Assembly: GCA_003693705.1 (NCBI GenBank)
Contig: RBZT01000198.1
Coordinates: forward strand, 62,001 to 126,000
Source of the DNA: Polymyxa betae A26-41
Taxonomy: Eukaryota; Protista; Endomyxa: Phytomyxea
Direction of reading: 5' to 3'
Length of the DNA stretch: 64,000 nucleotides
Both the position numbers and the translations under genes were made by a program. Positions within the stretch are counted from its first letter, which is position 1, and every line of letters starts with the position of its first letter. The notes under the pieces were generated by a model. The model was not told where the DNA came from and ran no database searches. It was given only the letters and a program-made list of their open reading frames with translations. Shown in pieces: positions 1-12,274 of the stretch.

Positions 1-381
1 ACGGACACTGTGAGAATGGACCTTCGAATCAGGATTTTGGCGTAAATTTTTTGCGCGTTAGGGTTTGGGTCAATCAGAAAATCAGCCCAAAATTTTCGCG
101 CACAAAAAATCTACTGTACGAGTGTACGTTATCGACTTCTTCGTTGCTTTGATTTTCCAAGTCGGTCTGTTCTCGAGGGCCAAAGAGGGAATATTTTATA
201 TATTTCGTCGCGTTTTGGTAGCAAAAACTGCGAACTCTGTAAATATCATTCATCTTTATTTTCCCGGGATATCTGTCCTGTATTTTATTGAGGGCCGCGT
301 CTTGTATCAATACCCGCTACCTTTCTCAGCACATTCTATCTTAAAGCCTTTGGATACCTCGGTCGACGGTCGTCTCTAATC

Positions 382-1463
382 ATGACGTCTCAGCTGAGCA
401 AACATCCCATGGGGACGTCGCTTCGGAAGGTTGACATCTCCGAAATTGACAATGCAGTGCATGCGTTCGCTTCTACACTTGGCGATAATTTCGACGTTCG
501 TCAGGGCCCTAATTACGAAAAGTTAGGCATCTTCGGCATGTCACTGCTCTGTATATAATGACATTTGTTTAGAACAGGGAAGAAGTCTAAATCTGACAAA
601 AACATTGCTGAAATTATCGGTGTCGATCTTTTCAAATCTAACCGGAAAATAACACATGTTATGGAGCATGTTGCTATTCCGGAAGAACTTAGCACACCTC
701 TAACATCGACATCTGATTTTGTATATATTCCTCAGGTTGATTGCAATCGGATTTCATTATGCTCATTTTTGAACACTGGATGTCGTAGCTGTTTGTCGTA
801 AACTTCATGCTGCCATCGTATAACCCCGGAAATCCTCTTTGGGGATCTTCTGCTAGCGATGGCGAGAGCTACAGCGTCGTAATCTATATCAAGATTGGTC
901 CTGAAGCGGTTGAAGCCATTAAACAAGATGCATTCTCTGCCGCTACGTTACTGAAGGTGTCCTTCGTCGATTTTTCCGGACTGTGCTGGACTAAAATAAT
1001 TGTCAGAATTTTTTTCAAATGGACACGAAATCGCAAGAAGATTACGCTCTACGAGGTCGACTAAAGGCTATTCCAATCTTGAGAAACCCGGATAATGTGA
1101 ACCTGGGTATTGCTATCAAGCAGATGGTGAAAACATATGATGCCAAGCCATTCTTAACGGGCCCAAAATATCATTCGTTTATCAAAAATGATCTGTATCT
1201 TGAATGCGACGTCGATATTCATAACTATGTTTATCCAGCTCGTAAAACCCTTTACAGGTGAGATTCTTGCACTTTATTTCATAGAGGTTAATCGAGTACT
1301 GTATAGCCTGCTACCTGAAATCCCCAGCATGATTATCGACTTTGGCCTCCTTGTCGAAGCTCAGGGCGAGGAAATGCCTGAGCGAATGCTCGCCAGTATG
1401 AGATTATCTCACGTAGACCCAGCATTGGCAACTGTTATTGATCTACCCGCTGTTTCAAAGTAA
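382..1463 (+). CDS. EDR2 C-terminal-like (DUF1336) domain protein, spliced
   Basis: ATG at 382. Exons read FDVRQGPNY..., GVDLFKS..., RLKAIP...N, YLECDVDI and IDFGLLVEAQGEEMPERMLASMRL, typical DUF1336 motifs, joined by short GT-AG introns. Confidence 0.75.
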
Positions 1464-1803
1464 ACGCTCAAATTTCATGTAATCGAAGGCTCTGCTCGGT
1501 CAGTTAGACACCAGTATTGAATTGATGAGAAAATCCTGTGAAATATCTGTGTCCTTTTATCGCCAACGACATGAGATCATGTGGTCTTCTTTTAATTCAC
1601 ATTCTATGCTGTAGAAGGACCGATAAGAGCGTTTCCAAATCCCGATAATTCTTCAAAGGTCATGTTACAGTACCTGAACAATTTCTTTTTTCGAAGAGCC
1701 TTGCTGGTGTCAGATTGCAGCGACGGAGTTTGTGAAGGCTGAAGGCCTCGCCCTCTATATCTGCCACAGCCTGCAATTATCTCAGTTTGGTCTTGCTAAA
1801 GGA

Positions 1804-2820
1804 ATGCCTCATGTGGAGACGCTGCACCATAGGTCATGGAGGTTCGAATCTTGCAAAAGCCACATAGCCACTTCGGATCGATTGCATCTGTTTGTTTAAT
1901 ACGAGTACTTTTGCCTGCTGTTAATGGCATTGCCACAGGCTGGAGAAGTCCCTCAATATGCCATCGCTTCCTGAGATGGTTTACACTGATAATTGCATTC
2001 GAATAACCCATGAATCAACCGGATCTACAATCTGTATTCGTGTTTCGTTTTGGATCTCTCCAAAATATTGACCAACGGTTCCATTAGGTTTTGAGCCGAA
2101 AGCAGCACTTGCCTCAACGATTGATTCCGATCTGACTCAAGTTCAGTGTGCTGCAGCATCTAGATGGTCTTCTCGCGCAGACAATGACAGTTTTTCGTCT
2201 TATTCCCCCAAATATGACTGGACGTTCTCTCCATCATTCCATGGAACGTTTATTTCTAATGGAAAGCAATGGGATCCAAAATCAGATTCCAGTTGCTCTA
2301 TTGATTTGGACATGCTCCGCGCTCCTGACCCTATTCTCTTCTTTGACAATGTTCTGCTTTTTGAAGATGAATTACACGATCATGGAGTATCGCAACTCTT
2401 CGTAAACCGCTTCTAAACCAATTATACAAGGTCTCTCAGCTGTGTCTATAGGTAAAAATACGTGTGATGCCGAAATGCTTCTTTATTCTATTGAGACATT
2501 GGCTGCGAGTAGATGGTCAATGCATTACTTTTTTGACTCCATGATGCTGAATCGAGTTTCATAGGCGTCCTACTTCGAGTTCATGACACTCGTATCTATC
2601 ATGAATTCGGCACTTCATTTGTTGTTCGTGAGCGGAAACTGTTAGAATCGACATTCGAAGAACTTGAACGGGTTTTTAACCATTCTATAATATTATTCTG
2701 TTTACTGACTGAAATGTTCAGAATGGTCGTCCATCCAAGACCGTCCACTACACGAACGATGAGGCTGCCATCCCACATCTTGATCTCAGGAGGTGTGTTG
2801 TGGACCGATTCAACTTATAA
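1804..2820 (+). CDS. TIP41: TIP41/TIPRL-like PP2A regulator, spliced
   Basis: Spliced translation gives LPEMVY, YDWTF, DPILFFDNVLLFEDELHDHGVS, RVMPKCFFILLRHWLRVDG and RVHDTRIYHEF. ATG 1804, TAA 2818-2820. The ORF track does not show this frame. Confidence 0.9.
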
Positions 2821-2964
2821 TACCTTTTAATTATAAACTCTCTATGTATTCAGTTTACGTGAATGCTTATTAAATCGTGTTTCCTCTTAACTGATGATTG
2901 TATGTGTGATAAAGTGCCTACTGTTATGGGGTTCCACGGTCTTATATCATCATTTATCCAATCT

Positions 2965-3241
2965 TTATTCAATTTTCATGTCGTCGCTTTTGATGTCGAG
3001 CCGCTTCTTAACGGCGTCATCCAGCATCTCGTCGACTATTGTTTCATTACTGGCAGACTCTGCAATATGGGCTATTAAGCGAACATATCAGCCATCGACT
3101 CTTAGGAGGTGAAGTTTTGGATTCTCTTCGCGCGCTGTTCTCTGATTTGATTAAAGGAAGAGGCAGTTCGGTTTTCTGCAGCGTAATTCGACTGTCGGCG
3201 GTCGGCGGGTTCTTGAAAGACGAAGAGCTAAAGGGCGACAT
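2965..3241 (-). CDS. Possible small hypothetical protein (2 exons)
   Basis: ORF 3047-3241 can splice to a frame ending DEMLDDAVKKRLDIKSDDMKIE*. The required intron (28 nt) is shorter than the others here, and no homology was recognised. Confidence 0.25.
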
Positions 3242-3487
3242 GTTATCTGCTAAAGATTCTGCTAACTCTGAACATTATTGTCCTTTGTTATGAACTAAAG
3301 AGCATTTACGATGAATCGGTGATAATGTGTATGAAAAAGTATGTGTTCACTTCTCATGAAACCATTACGTCAGCGTCGTCAATCTGTGACTGCTTTTTCG
3401 TATGATGGGTGTGGGCCAACTGCCAACTTTCAGTCTTGCTACCTTTTTTGAAATCTCTTCTGCTGGCTGTTCCATTGTTAGCAGCAG

Positions 3488-5278
3488 ATGCTGAAGTTGA
3501 ATAGGCATAGAACCGGGAATGAAGCGAAATCGGCTCTTGGGAAAACCTGGGCACGAACCCCTGTTATCATCAAATTAGCAGTGACCATGTCTTTGATCAC
3601 TGCTTTTGTACTTCTCAGTCTGCTTTACATAACTAGTTTTAAACAAAAGCAAATCGACTCGATCATCAAAGCTTACGAGATGGAACAACAGGAAGCGAAA
3701 CAAGATTCAGAACCAGTTGAGCAGAAACAAGATGCGCCTCGAATCAAAGCTAAGAAGAAATCGAGAGCTCGAAGGCATGCCAGAAAACAAAAGGCCAAAA
3801 ACCAAGAGAAAGCTGCAGACAACGGTGTGCCTGCAGTGGACGTGAAAAACAAAGAACAAGACGATATCAAAGCCGCTCCTCCTGCAGTGCTCGGCGTCAA
3901 AGAGAGAGTCAGAAAAGTTCTAGCTCAGCCTAAAGTTGAATACCAACGCTTATTAACAAGCGACCAGCACACGTATACAGGCGTTGATATCCCTTATTTC
4001 TACGAAAGTGTCCCTGCATTCAGAGATCGTGTCATGAAGCTCCTTTCTACTGCCAAGAAGGACAGCATTTTCGTGTCGCTGGGGAGCTTTCGCGATGACC
4101 TCTGTCCGTCGACCTTAAATGAACTGTTCGCTAAAGCCAAGCATCCCGATAACATTATCGTTGGATTGGTCGATCAGGTCAAGCTTTCAGATGATAGCGA
4201 CGATGTTGGCTGTGATTTGATGCTGCCACAAAAGTATCGTCGACAAGTTCGCCAGGTACGTTTGACATCCTTGGAAGGTCGTGGCCCGACCCATGCACGA
4301 TATATCGCCTCGAAACTATATGAAGGCGAGCAGTATTACATGCAAATCGACTCGTACGGTTCAGTAAATTTCTGACATCTGTTCTAACAGTTCAACAGGC
4401 ATAGCCACTTCAAAAAGCATTGGGATGTAAAGATCAGACAGCAGTTGGACCGATTACCAAGTCCAGGCAAGAATATCATTACTCATTATCCGCCTGGAGA
4501 TGCCGCTGAATTGGACGATTCCAATCCGCCTTGGTGGGCGTCATCTTGAAACTGTTTTCATCATCTAACCGATTACAGGATTTGCTCAAATCGTCAGCAT
4601 CCGGATGCTCCACCTGGACTGCTAGTTCAAGAAAGCGATTGGTGCTATCCAGAAAACCGTTCGCCTGGAGTCGCTCTTGCTCCAGATGGCTCGTTAACGA
4701 CCTGCGTGTCGCCATTCATGGGTGGTGGATTCATTGCTGGACCTGGTCCCTGGGTGCTGGATGTTCCATATGACAGATATATACCATATATATTCCATGG
4801 AGAGGAGCTTCTGTATGCTCATCACAGCCGACTGCAGATCATGCTAGCTAATTAACTTTAGGATCGCTTCTCGACTTTGGACGTCGGGTTGGGATATGTT
4901 CACTCCATCGGAGAACATCTTGGATCATAAGTATGGCGGTCGGGCGAAAAACGTTTATGCTGAAACAGATACTTGGGCAGAGGTATGGAGCAATAGATAT
5001 ATTTGTCATTGTAATATATTCAGTGTTCAATGGAGGTTGGTGAACTATCAACTGCTCGTGCTCGACACATACTTGGAACAACATTGCCTGGAGACGATAA
5101 GATTCCATTCGATCAATCTGAACTGGAGTATCTTGGAATGGGCTCGAAACGCTCTTATGAAGACTATCTCGAGTTTGCTGGCATCAACCTCAAGGGAAAT
5201 TCTACAGGGCGTTGTGGACAAAGATACAATTGGGATACGAAAGAATGGGAAGGAGAGATAAAATTAATGACAGGATAA
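3488..5278 (+). CDS. GT60-family (Gnt1-like) alpha-GlcNAc transferase, type II membrane protein
   Basis: N-terminal TM helix, then IFVSLGSFRD, GPTHARY, YYMQIDSH, ITHYPPG, PYD..IPYIFHGEE and LWTSGWDMFTP motifs across exons. Confidence 0.85.
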
Positions 5279-5441
5279 ACCTGAGGACTTTAATCAGTTG
5301 GTCTGTTCCCCTTTACAAACCGTTATCTTTGTCTTAGCTTAGAATCTGAGTACAAGGTTTCATAGATAAACTTTGAGGAATTATATGGAAGTGATAAATA
5401 ATCATTGTTCAAAACGAAAGAATGAGGGAAAGTATCCATTC

Positions 5442-6622
5442 TTATAATGTTCTGGACATCTGTTTTTCTAGCTGAACAGTGCTGAACCAATCCAGAAATT
5501 TCAATGATACGCTCAGCTTTCCGTCCACTTCGTTCTGTATCCTTTTCAACTCCAAGATTTGCTTCTTGACATTTTCAACCATAGTGGCGTGATTTCCAAT
5601 TTTCTCATCACAATTTAACGCAAGCTCGTGAACAAGCTGCTCGCAGTATGACTTGTCTGCTTTCTTTTCAACAAGTCTTACACTTGCTCGGCTTGTCAAC
5701 TAATTGAATCATCAGCCATTCCAGCGTCAACTTTATGAGAAGTTACCTGAGTACTTAAACGATCTAGTTGTGATTTCAATGTTTTAGTCTCATCCATCAT
5801 AGTTTTCAACTCTGAACGTGATTTATCCAATGATTCTGCTATCTTCTGCGGTTGAACACAATCGATGATTGATTGCAGGGATTCGTAGCGTTGCCTAAGC
5901 TCTTCCAGAGGAAATTCGATCTTGTCTTCAATGAAGCATTTTTCTGGACGATTTTGGAACTCTCTGTAGATCGCCTGCATTCTCTCAACGATAGCTGATC
6001 TCTCTTCTTTGGAGTCGATTTGTTCTTCTAACTTCTCTAGTTTCGATTCAATGCTTTCAATTTTTGGCCCTGTCTCTAACCGAAACTGATCGGCGGCTTT
6101 AACTCGTTCACCAGCATTTTGTATGAGTGGAACTTCGACTCGATCTACCTTACAAGACAGCAGCTCTTGCAGTGCTGTTAACTGTTTCGCTAACTGTCTT
6201 TGGCCGCTATCAAGCCTATTTATGGCCTCTTTGTGCTCGTCAAAGTCTTGCAAGCTGTGATGGATTCTCTCAACCTCGGCATTCATCTGACTATTGAATT
6301 CTTTCATGACGACCTGATCCGCTTTATCTCGCTGAGTGCGAATCAAACGCTCAAGAGATCGCTCTAAATCATCAACACGAGATTGGCTAGTGTCATATCG
6401 ATGAAGGCGGGCCTCAAACTGGGCGAATCGCCGATCAATATCGAGCAGGGCGCGATCGACTCCGGCCTTGAGTATTTCGCAGGTTTGTTCACAATTAGAG
6501 CTCGACGCGGTTAGAGCCGACAGCTGGGTCTGCTGCTGATCCAGACGAAGTGAGAATGAGCGCAGAACGGCTTCGATGCGATCTATGTCGAAAACTCCAC
6601 GAAGACTCAATGGATCCCCCAT
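5442..6622 (-). CDS. Coiled-coil hypothetical protein (2 exons)
   Basis: A 308-aa and an 85-aa ORF joined by a gtaact...aattag intron near 5700-5746; heptad-rich sequence. Confidence 0.7.
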
Positions 6623-6994
6623 TTGATAAATAACACTCTATGACAGCATCGATGATGGTGGGTGGGTCCACTCTCAGACTCATCTTCCATTGCATTTATG
6701 TCACATTAATCATGTTAATGCGCATTATTGGCAATGTTCTTAAACCTTCTTTTGGATTGGCTGTTTGGGGAGGCTCTGAACCTGATCCTCTATCTCTAGA
6801 GGTCCTCTTGCATAATCATCATGTGAATCAGATGTCCCTATGCTGACGAGGTCTTCATTGCCTGACCCAACCGCACTTGCCCGTCGAATGATTTCAACGG
6901 ATCGATCAAAGCAACCACATTATGGGACTTTAAAAATTAGGACTTTTGAATAAAAGTTTTGTTATTGATAATAACTATCAAATAAATAGGTTAA

Positions 6995-8301
6995 TTATAC
7001 CAGCTCTGATTTTAACAGTGTTGCAAAGAAATGTACGTCTTTTAAAGCAAATTCCAGGTCGTCTTTCTGCACCCTGGCAGAAACTGTCGAATCATCGAAA
7101 GATTTTCTGTTGTTACGGATCTCAATTAAGCCCATTGAGTTCAAAGACCGAAGAATTGCAAGAAAATCGGCTGATTTTACAACAGGTAGGCTTTGCCTTT
7201 TAGTTTCTTTGTTGTACCATAGACGAAATGCACGAATAGTTGCTGAGACACGTTTGTTGGTCAGCATCAGGACTAGAAGTGAAAGCACGATTTGCTGCTG
7301 GGACGGAAGTGCTTGAACCCTCTTAACTACTCCCGAATTTAAAGAAGAGTTCAGTACTGAGGTGACAGTTGGTATTGCCACAATATCAGTTCCTGAAAAT
7401 TCGCTGCAAACGACAGCATTCCTGCAAAGATCCTAGACAAAGGTTAAACCGAATCGATCAGAATTAACTTAGAACCAGTTACCAAGAATTTTCTGGCATC
7501 GCCAGCTGAAGAGGACGCTACCCTTCTGGCTAATAGTTCGGCAGCGAAAGGATGAAAAAGGCACTTGTCTTCTCGTAATCGGCTTGATAAAATCTCCCCA
7601 AGTTGTGTGTAATTATAGGGAGCGAATGCCGCTCGTTCGGGAAAGATGTTACGTTGAGTCAGCAACGGCAGACAGCGATCAGTGAGTTCTGCAGCATTTG
7701 CTATCCCAATTAGTATCAGCTTGGAGTTGGGTGCATGAGCCCATTTGAATATTTGATACAGAACGTCTTGATTGGATGTCATTAGGCCATCTAATTCGTC
7801 AATTACTACAATGTGCATTCCATCTTGGCGTTTGAAAAGTCTGGTAAGATGGGTCACGTAGCCGTCGACTGACATCGCATCGCTGCCGACGAATGTTTCG
7901 TACAAGTTCTGATATAAAGACTGTGGATTAGGCAACGATATGGCGTTAATCATGGCCTTAGGGTAGCGATATATCTTTAAGCAAAGGTCAACTGTTATTG
8001 TCTTTCCTGTTCCTGGAGAGCCTGTTATATAGAGGGAGGACCCTTGTCTCAGATCGATGCATTTGTCGATAAACGTCCTGATACGTTCAGCTTCTTGATT
8101 CCGGCAAGGAATTGATTCAGGAGTGGCAGTTCTAAGACTATCGATAGCACGAATATAACGAGACGATTTCTCAATAGAAATCGGTAGCGTCGAAGCCAAT
8201 TTCTTGGCCGTCGCCTGTCGCCGAGGTTTTCGCTGGACTGCCAATGTGTCCAAAGTTATTGTTGCCTGCAGCTTGGAAGTTGATCGTGTTACCCTGACCA
8301 T
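6995..8301 (-). CDS. CDC6: Cell division control protein 6 (AAA+ replication licensing factor)
   Basis: SLYITGSPGTGKT Walker A, IVVIDELD Walker B, LIGIANA, FAPYN, AGDARK and a C-terminal winged-helix exon. Confidence 0.93.
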
Positions 8302-8443
8302 GGTATTTGGTGAGAGATTATACTTGATGAATTGTTAGAGAAGATGTAATGCTGGCCAAACCTCTCTCTTGATGATTCAAATATTGCAGGGAAGGCCCGC
8401 CTATACAAGAAGGCCCCGCCATATCTACTCCACCGCACTTGGA

Positions 8444-8455
8444 TTTGGCGCCAAA
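8444..8455. promoter_or_regulatory. Palindromic E2F-type site TTTGGCGCCAAA upstream of CDC6
   Basis: Matches TTTSSCGC on both strands, about 143 bp upstream of the CDC6 ATG. Confidence 0.55.
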
Positions 8456-8888
8456 ACATCCTCCTTCTGATGATAAGCCTGAACACATCTTGCAATGAGA
8501 GCATTCATTTTTCGAACCGTCCCCTGCAAGGCATTCTTGTCCGGTTTATCTAAACATAGTGGTGCTTGCTCCTGCGTGCACCACTCGTTGCGACCTTGGC
8601 CGGTTATTTATTCTCCAAACAGAACATGCTGCATAATACCTATGCGATTGTACTTGTTAAATAAATCATCCATCATATTCAAGTATATTTGAGGAGCCCG
8701 AAATTCTTAGTGCAGCTGAGATTGAAGTCGATTAACTACTCACGCAAAAAGTTTCAGGAATTTTGTGGCTTGGTCTTTACTGAGATTCATTTCGTCCAGC
8801 TTTTTATCTCCGCTATTCCGATCAATTATAATCCTGAATTGATCAAGACACGCCTACAGAAAGCCTGGAACTAAGCTAGATTCTCACT

Positions 8889-9891
8889 ATGGATTATTTA
8901 GAGGAACAGGCTATGGAGCTGGAAGCTCTTGAGTCTATCTTCATGCAGGATTTTACTAAAATCTCAGACACGTGCTGTGAAATTTTGATCGAGCCATTCT
9001 CTTCCGATGCAGATGAAGTCTCTTACGGTTGGAATAGCTTCCTTGTTTTCTCCTGTTCACTGATTTCAATGATACAGTTGGTGCTGAACTCAGGGTGACA
9101 TATCCCCCTGAATACCCTTCAGTTCTTCCAGAAATATTCATTCAAGTAACCAAAGGTCTTTCCGATGCTCAAAGGGCCATTCTATATGATATTGCAATAA
9201 CGACGGTCCGTTACCTCTGTTCGTAGAAGTTTGGATATTGAAGTGTCAAATAGGCAGAAGAAAACATCGGTTCTTCAAGTAGGGGCTGCTGCTTAATCTG
9301 GAAACCTGTGTTGATCGTTTTTAGTGGTGTATAACATTATTGAGGCCTTGAAAACCTGGATGATTGACAATAATGTCAAACCATTAAGTGAGCATGAATT
9401 GATTGTGAAAAGGAAGCTCGAACGATCGGAGATGAAAGCACCAGAATCCGCTAGCTATGATGAGGTATGCGACTCCTGCGTTTTGCAAACGATTTTTTTA
9501 AGTTATATTTAGTCAACCGACGAGGAGTACAATACCAACGTAGACGTTTTTGAAAGTCAAGCTATACAGCATGGAACCATGGTCACTATTGAGAACTTCA
9601 CTCAATGGAAAAAAGAGTTCGATCGGAAACTCAAAGAGAAATGGAGAATCGAAGATGAAGAGAATATGGATCCTGAAGTTTCCAAGAGGATTACAGGTAC
9701 TGTCTCTTCTATTCAATATTATTATCTTCTTTCTGAGATCAGAATCAGGCAAGAGATATTTTGAAATGAACGCCGCATCCGGCGGGTTTCTTGATGCCAT
9801 TGAGTTGGAATGTGAGAAACAGCAGGACATTCCTGTTGATGCTTCAATATATCGAGACAATGATGACGTTGATCAGACGACGGACGCTTAA
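8889..9891 (+). CDS. RWDD1: RWD domain protein (RWDD1/Gir2-like), spliced
   Basis: MDYLEEQAMELEALESIF, YPPEYPSVLP, HGTMVTIENFTQWKKEF and SGKRYFE motifs. Confidence 0.88.
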
Positions 9892-9972
9892 CTACATCGT
9901 TAAATCGCTGTACTCAACAAATGTTCAATAAGCAAAACATATATTTATAGAGGGATATTTCTGTTTTCGATC

Positions 9973-10888
9973 CTACTTGGACCCTAGAAGGATTAGTAGA
10001 AAAAGATAACTGGAAAGAATTGCATTATTTTAGTTAAATCGCGTGGTGAAATTTGGGCCATACCTCTGCCTTTTTGACAGAGGTCCCTCGTTGTTCATCA
10101 AATTTTCTGAGTTGCAATTCTCATTAAATGCCTTCTCAATTTCGATTGATTTTCCCTCCAAGGTACTGGATAGCACTTTCTCTTGGCACACTTTTGATAG
10201 ATCATTTAAACCATTAGAGGCTGAGTTGATATTCTGAAGGACTGGCTTAAATACCTACGAGATCTTATATGTAAATAGATACCTTGTCAATGCGTCTTGT
10301 GATCTGGTCAGACTCCCGTAAAATTCTCTTGACTCTGCTAATATCGGAATCGGATGGCAAAGAACAACGCTGTTTGGTGCAGCTGGGAAGACCCAAATCC
10401 AGTTCTTCCTCCTGAATAGGCATACTTTTTTACAAAAAATCGAACCCGAGCCAACAAAGCTTACAATTTGGATGGGCTGCAACAGATTAGCACAAATTTC
10501 TTTCTCGAATTGTTCGATGCCGTCCGAGCGAGCTTGTTCTAACTGATCCTGAAGTTGCATTGAAAGTGATTCAAGATCATCGACAGTTTGCTGAAGCTCA
10601 ACGTCCAGTCTTTGCATAGGTAGTTGGGATTTTGGAATTTCGTCCTGGATTACAACATGTTTCACTATCTATTTTACACAAATTTAGCATTAAGCTAACA
10701 AGTGGTCAGGTAAACGGTCTGACCTTATTATAAACAGAATTTCGAAGAGATAAAAGGGCGGTTCGTGCAGCGGCTCGCTGCTGTTTGGTCAACTGCTGCC
10801 CATTAAACTGAGCAAAGCATTGCTCATCAAAGAGCCTCAGGAGCGTATTAAGATGAGAACGAGTCCCCACACGTAAATCGAGATCCAT
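9973..10888 (-). CDS. Helical hypothetical protein, candidate Nsl1/Mis14 kinetochore subunit, spliced
   Basis: Exons joined by GT-AG introns. The segment QRLDVELQQTVDDLESLSMQLQDQLEQARS resembles the Nsl1 core pattern. The 3' end is ambiguous (9973 or 10030). Confidence 0.55.
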
Positions 10889-11249
10889 GGAGATGTCTAG
10901 CTCGTACTATTGCATTCAGCAGGCAATGTTAAAATCGAAAGATGGCGCCCTTATATAGATTGACTTCTGCTGATGGAGGAATAGGAAGGTCCCTCCTCTT
11001 CACTACTTCAAGTCACACTCACGGACACCATACAGAAATATTTCTCCATGTCCTACAGATATTTATTGAAATATCCATTGAACCGGAATTGAATTGCCAG
11101 TAATAATGATTGAATCAAGGGTGATACTCTGATTTGTGATATTCTTGTGGAATAGAATTTTGGCGAACGCACTGAAAAACTGGGAAATGAATTGGTGAAA
11201 TAAGAAAGCGAAATAATCAGCGTTGCAGAGCACTCGCTTGGACATTGAA

Positions 11250-11699
11250 TTATTTCAATAACATCTGAAGCAGGGCTCGAGATAATTCCTCAACATTTTC
11301 TTCTGCATTTGAAGTATGCGCATTAGCAGTTCCCCTGCGGAAATCTAAACGCTTGGGTTTTGCATTGTCGTTCATCACAAATTTAGGTAGCGGAATAACA
11401 TCAGGATTTGGAGAGATATATAACGATGAAGTAGCATAGCGATGATGTCCCGGCTTGATCGGTTTTTTCCGCAATGAAGATGAGTCTTTAGAAGAGGAAT
11501 TCCTTGCTGGCGATGGAGACGGAATAATTAGCTCGACATTTTCTTCATTAGACCCGGGTAAAAAGAAAGGAACCAGTGGTCGGCGTGTAGCGGTGGAAGT
11601 GTTATTGAGAGGTCGAGGATCCGAATGAGGAGCGTTAATTGGAAGCGAATTCTGTACAGTGCTCGCCTCTTTTGGAGACTTTTTCCTGCTCTTTCCCAT
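11250..11699 (-). CDS. Disordered PNRC/Edc1-like protein (candidate decapping activator)
   Basis: 149-aa ORF with YATSSLYISPNPDVIPLPKF and a C-terminal leucine-rich helix ELSRALLQMLLK. Confidence 0.6.
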   Translation of the reverse strand: MGKSRKKSPKEASTVQNSLPINAPHSDPRPLNNTSTATRRPLVPFFLPGSNEENVELIIPSPSPARNSSSKDSSSLRKKPIKPGHHRYATSSLYISPNPDVIPLPKFVMNDNAKPKRLDFRRGTANAHTSNAEENVEELSRALLQMLLK

Positions 11700-12274
11700 T
11701 CAGTAGCTGTGATAAACCAGACGAAATAAACAGGAGCGAAGTGAACAGGAATAATCAATAGAGCATGATAAAGGCCAGGCTTGATATGATGTGGATAAGC
11801 AGCGCCCAGACAATGGGACTGAACCTGACTAGGGAGCTCGGATCCCTTCTTCAAAGACTTAGACAACGTGAGAGATCTCACACGCACAATGACTTCACAG
11901 CAGAAGTTACAAACTCAATGTGAAATTCCACAATAGCTGGTGTCCTTTGTGCGCCGATTTATGGGCTTCATGATGCAGACTTGAAAGCTTGGATGTCTTG
12001 TTGCATTTGCAGTTATGAATTATTTCCAAAACTTTCGGCACAATTCTGAAAGAGAAAGATACGTACTTACATCGGCCAATCGCTATGTTATATTTGGTCT
12101 AGACTTCAAAGCGCTGAGAGAAGAAAGTAGTAGAATTTATGATTACAAAAACGTTCGATAAGCAAATGATATGTAGTTTGTTATGAGAGCAGCAATCTGT
12201 CTCACTAACATCATCGTTACATCTCTTCGGTTCACTTCAATATCGCTGCTTTGTGGTTGTCGCATCCAGCACCA

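Noticed and set aside
58-70. TTAGGGTTTGGG telomere-like motif
   Set aside because: Only about two imperfect units, not an array.
1841-1852. GGTTCGAATC, tRNA T-loop/B-box-like
   Set aside because: Lies in TIP41 exon 1 and has no cloverleaf around it.
4863-4880. ATCGCTTCTCG match to the U2 snRNA 5' end
   Set aside because: Part of a GT60 coding exon (IASRLW); the branch-pairing GTAGTA and Sm site do not follow.
5696-5750. Apparent frameshifts between adjacent ORFs here and throughout the window
   Set aside because: Those I examined are resolved by ordinary short GT-AG introns, so no recoding or alternative genetic code is needed.
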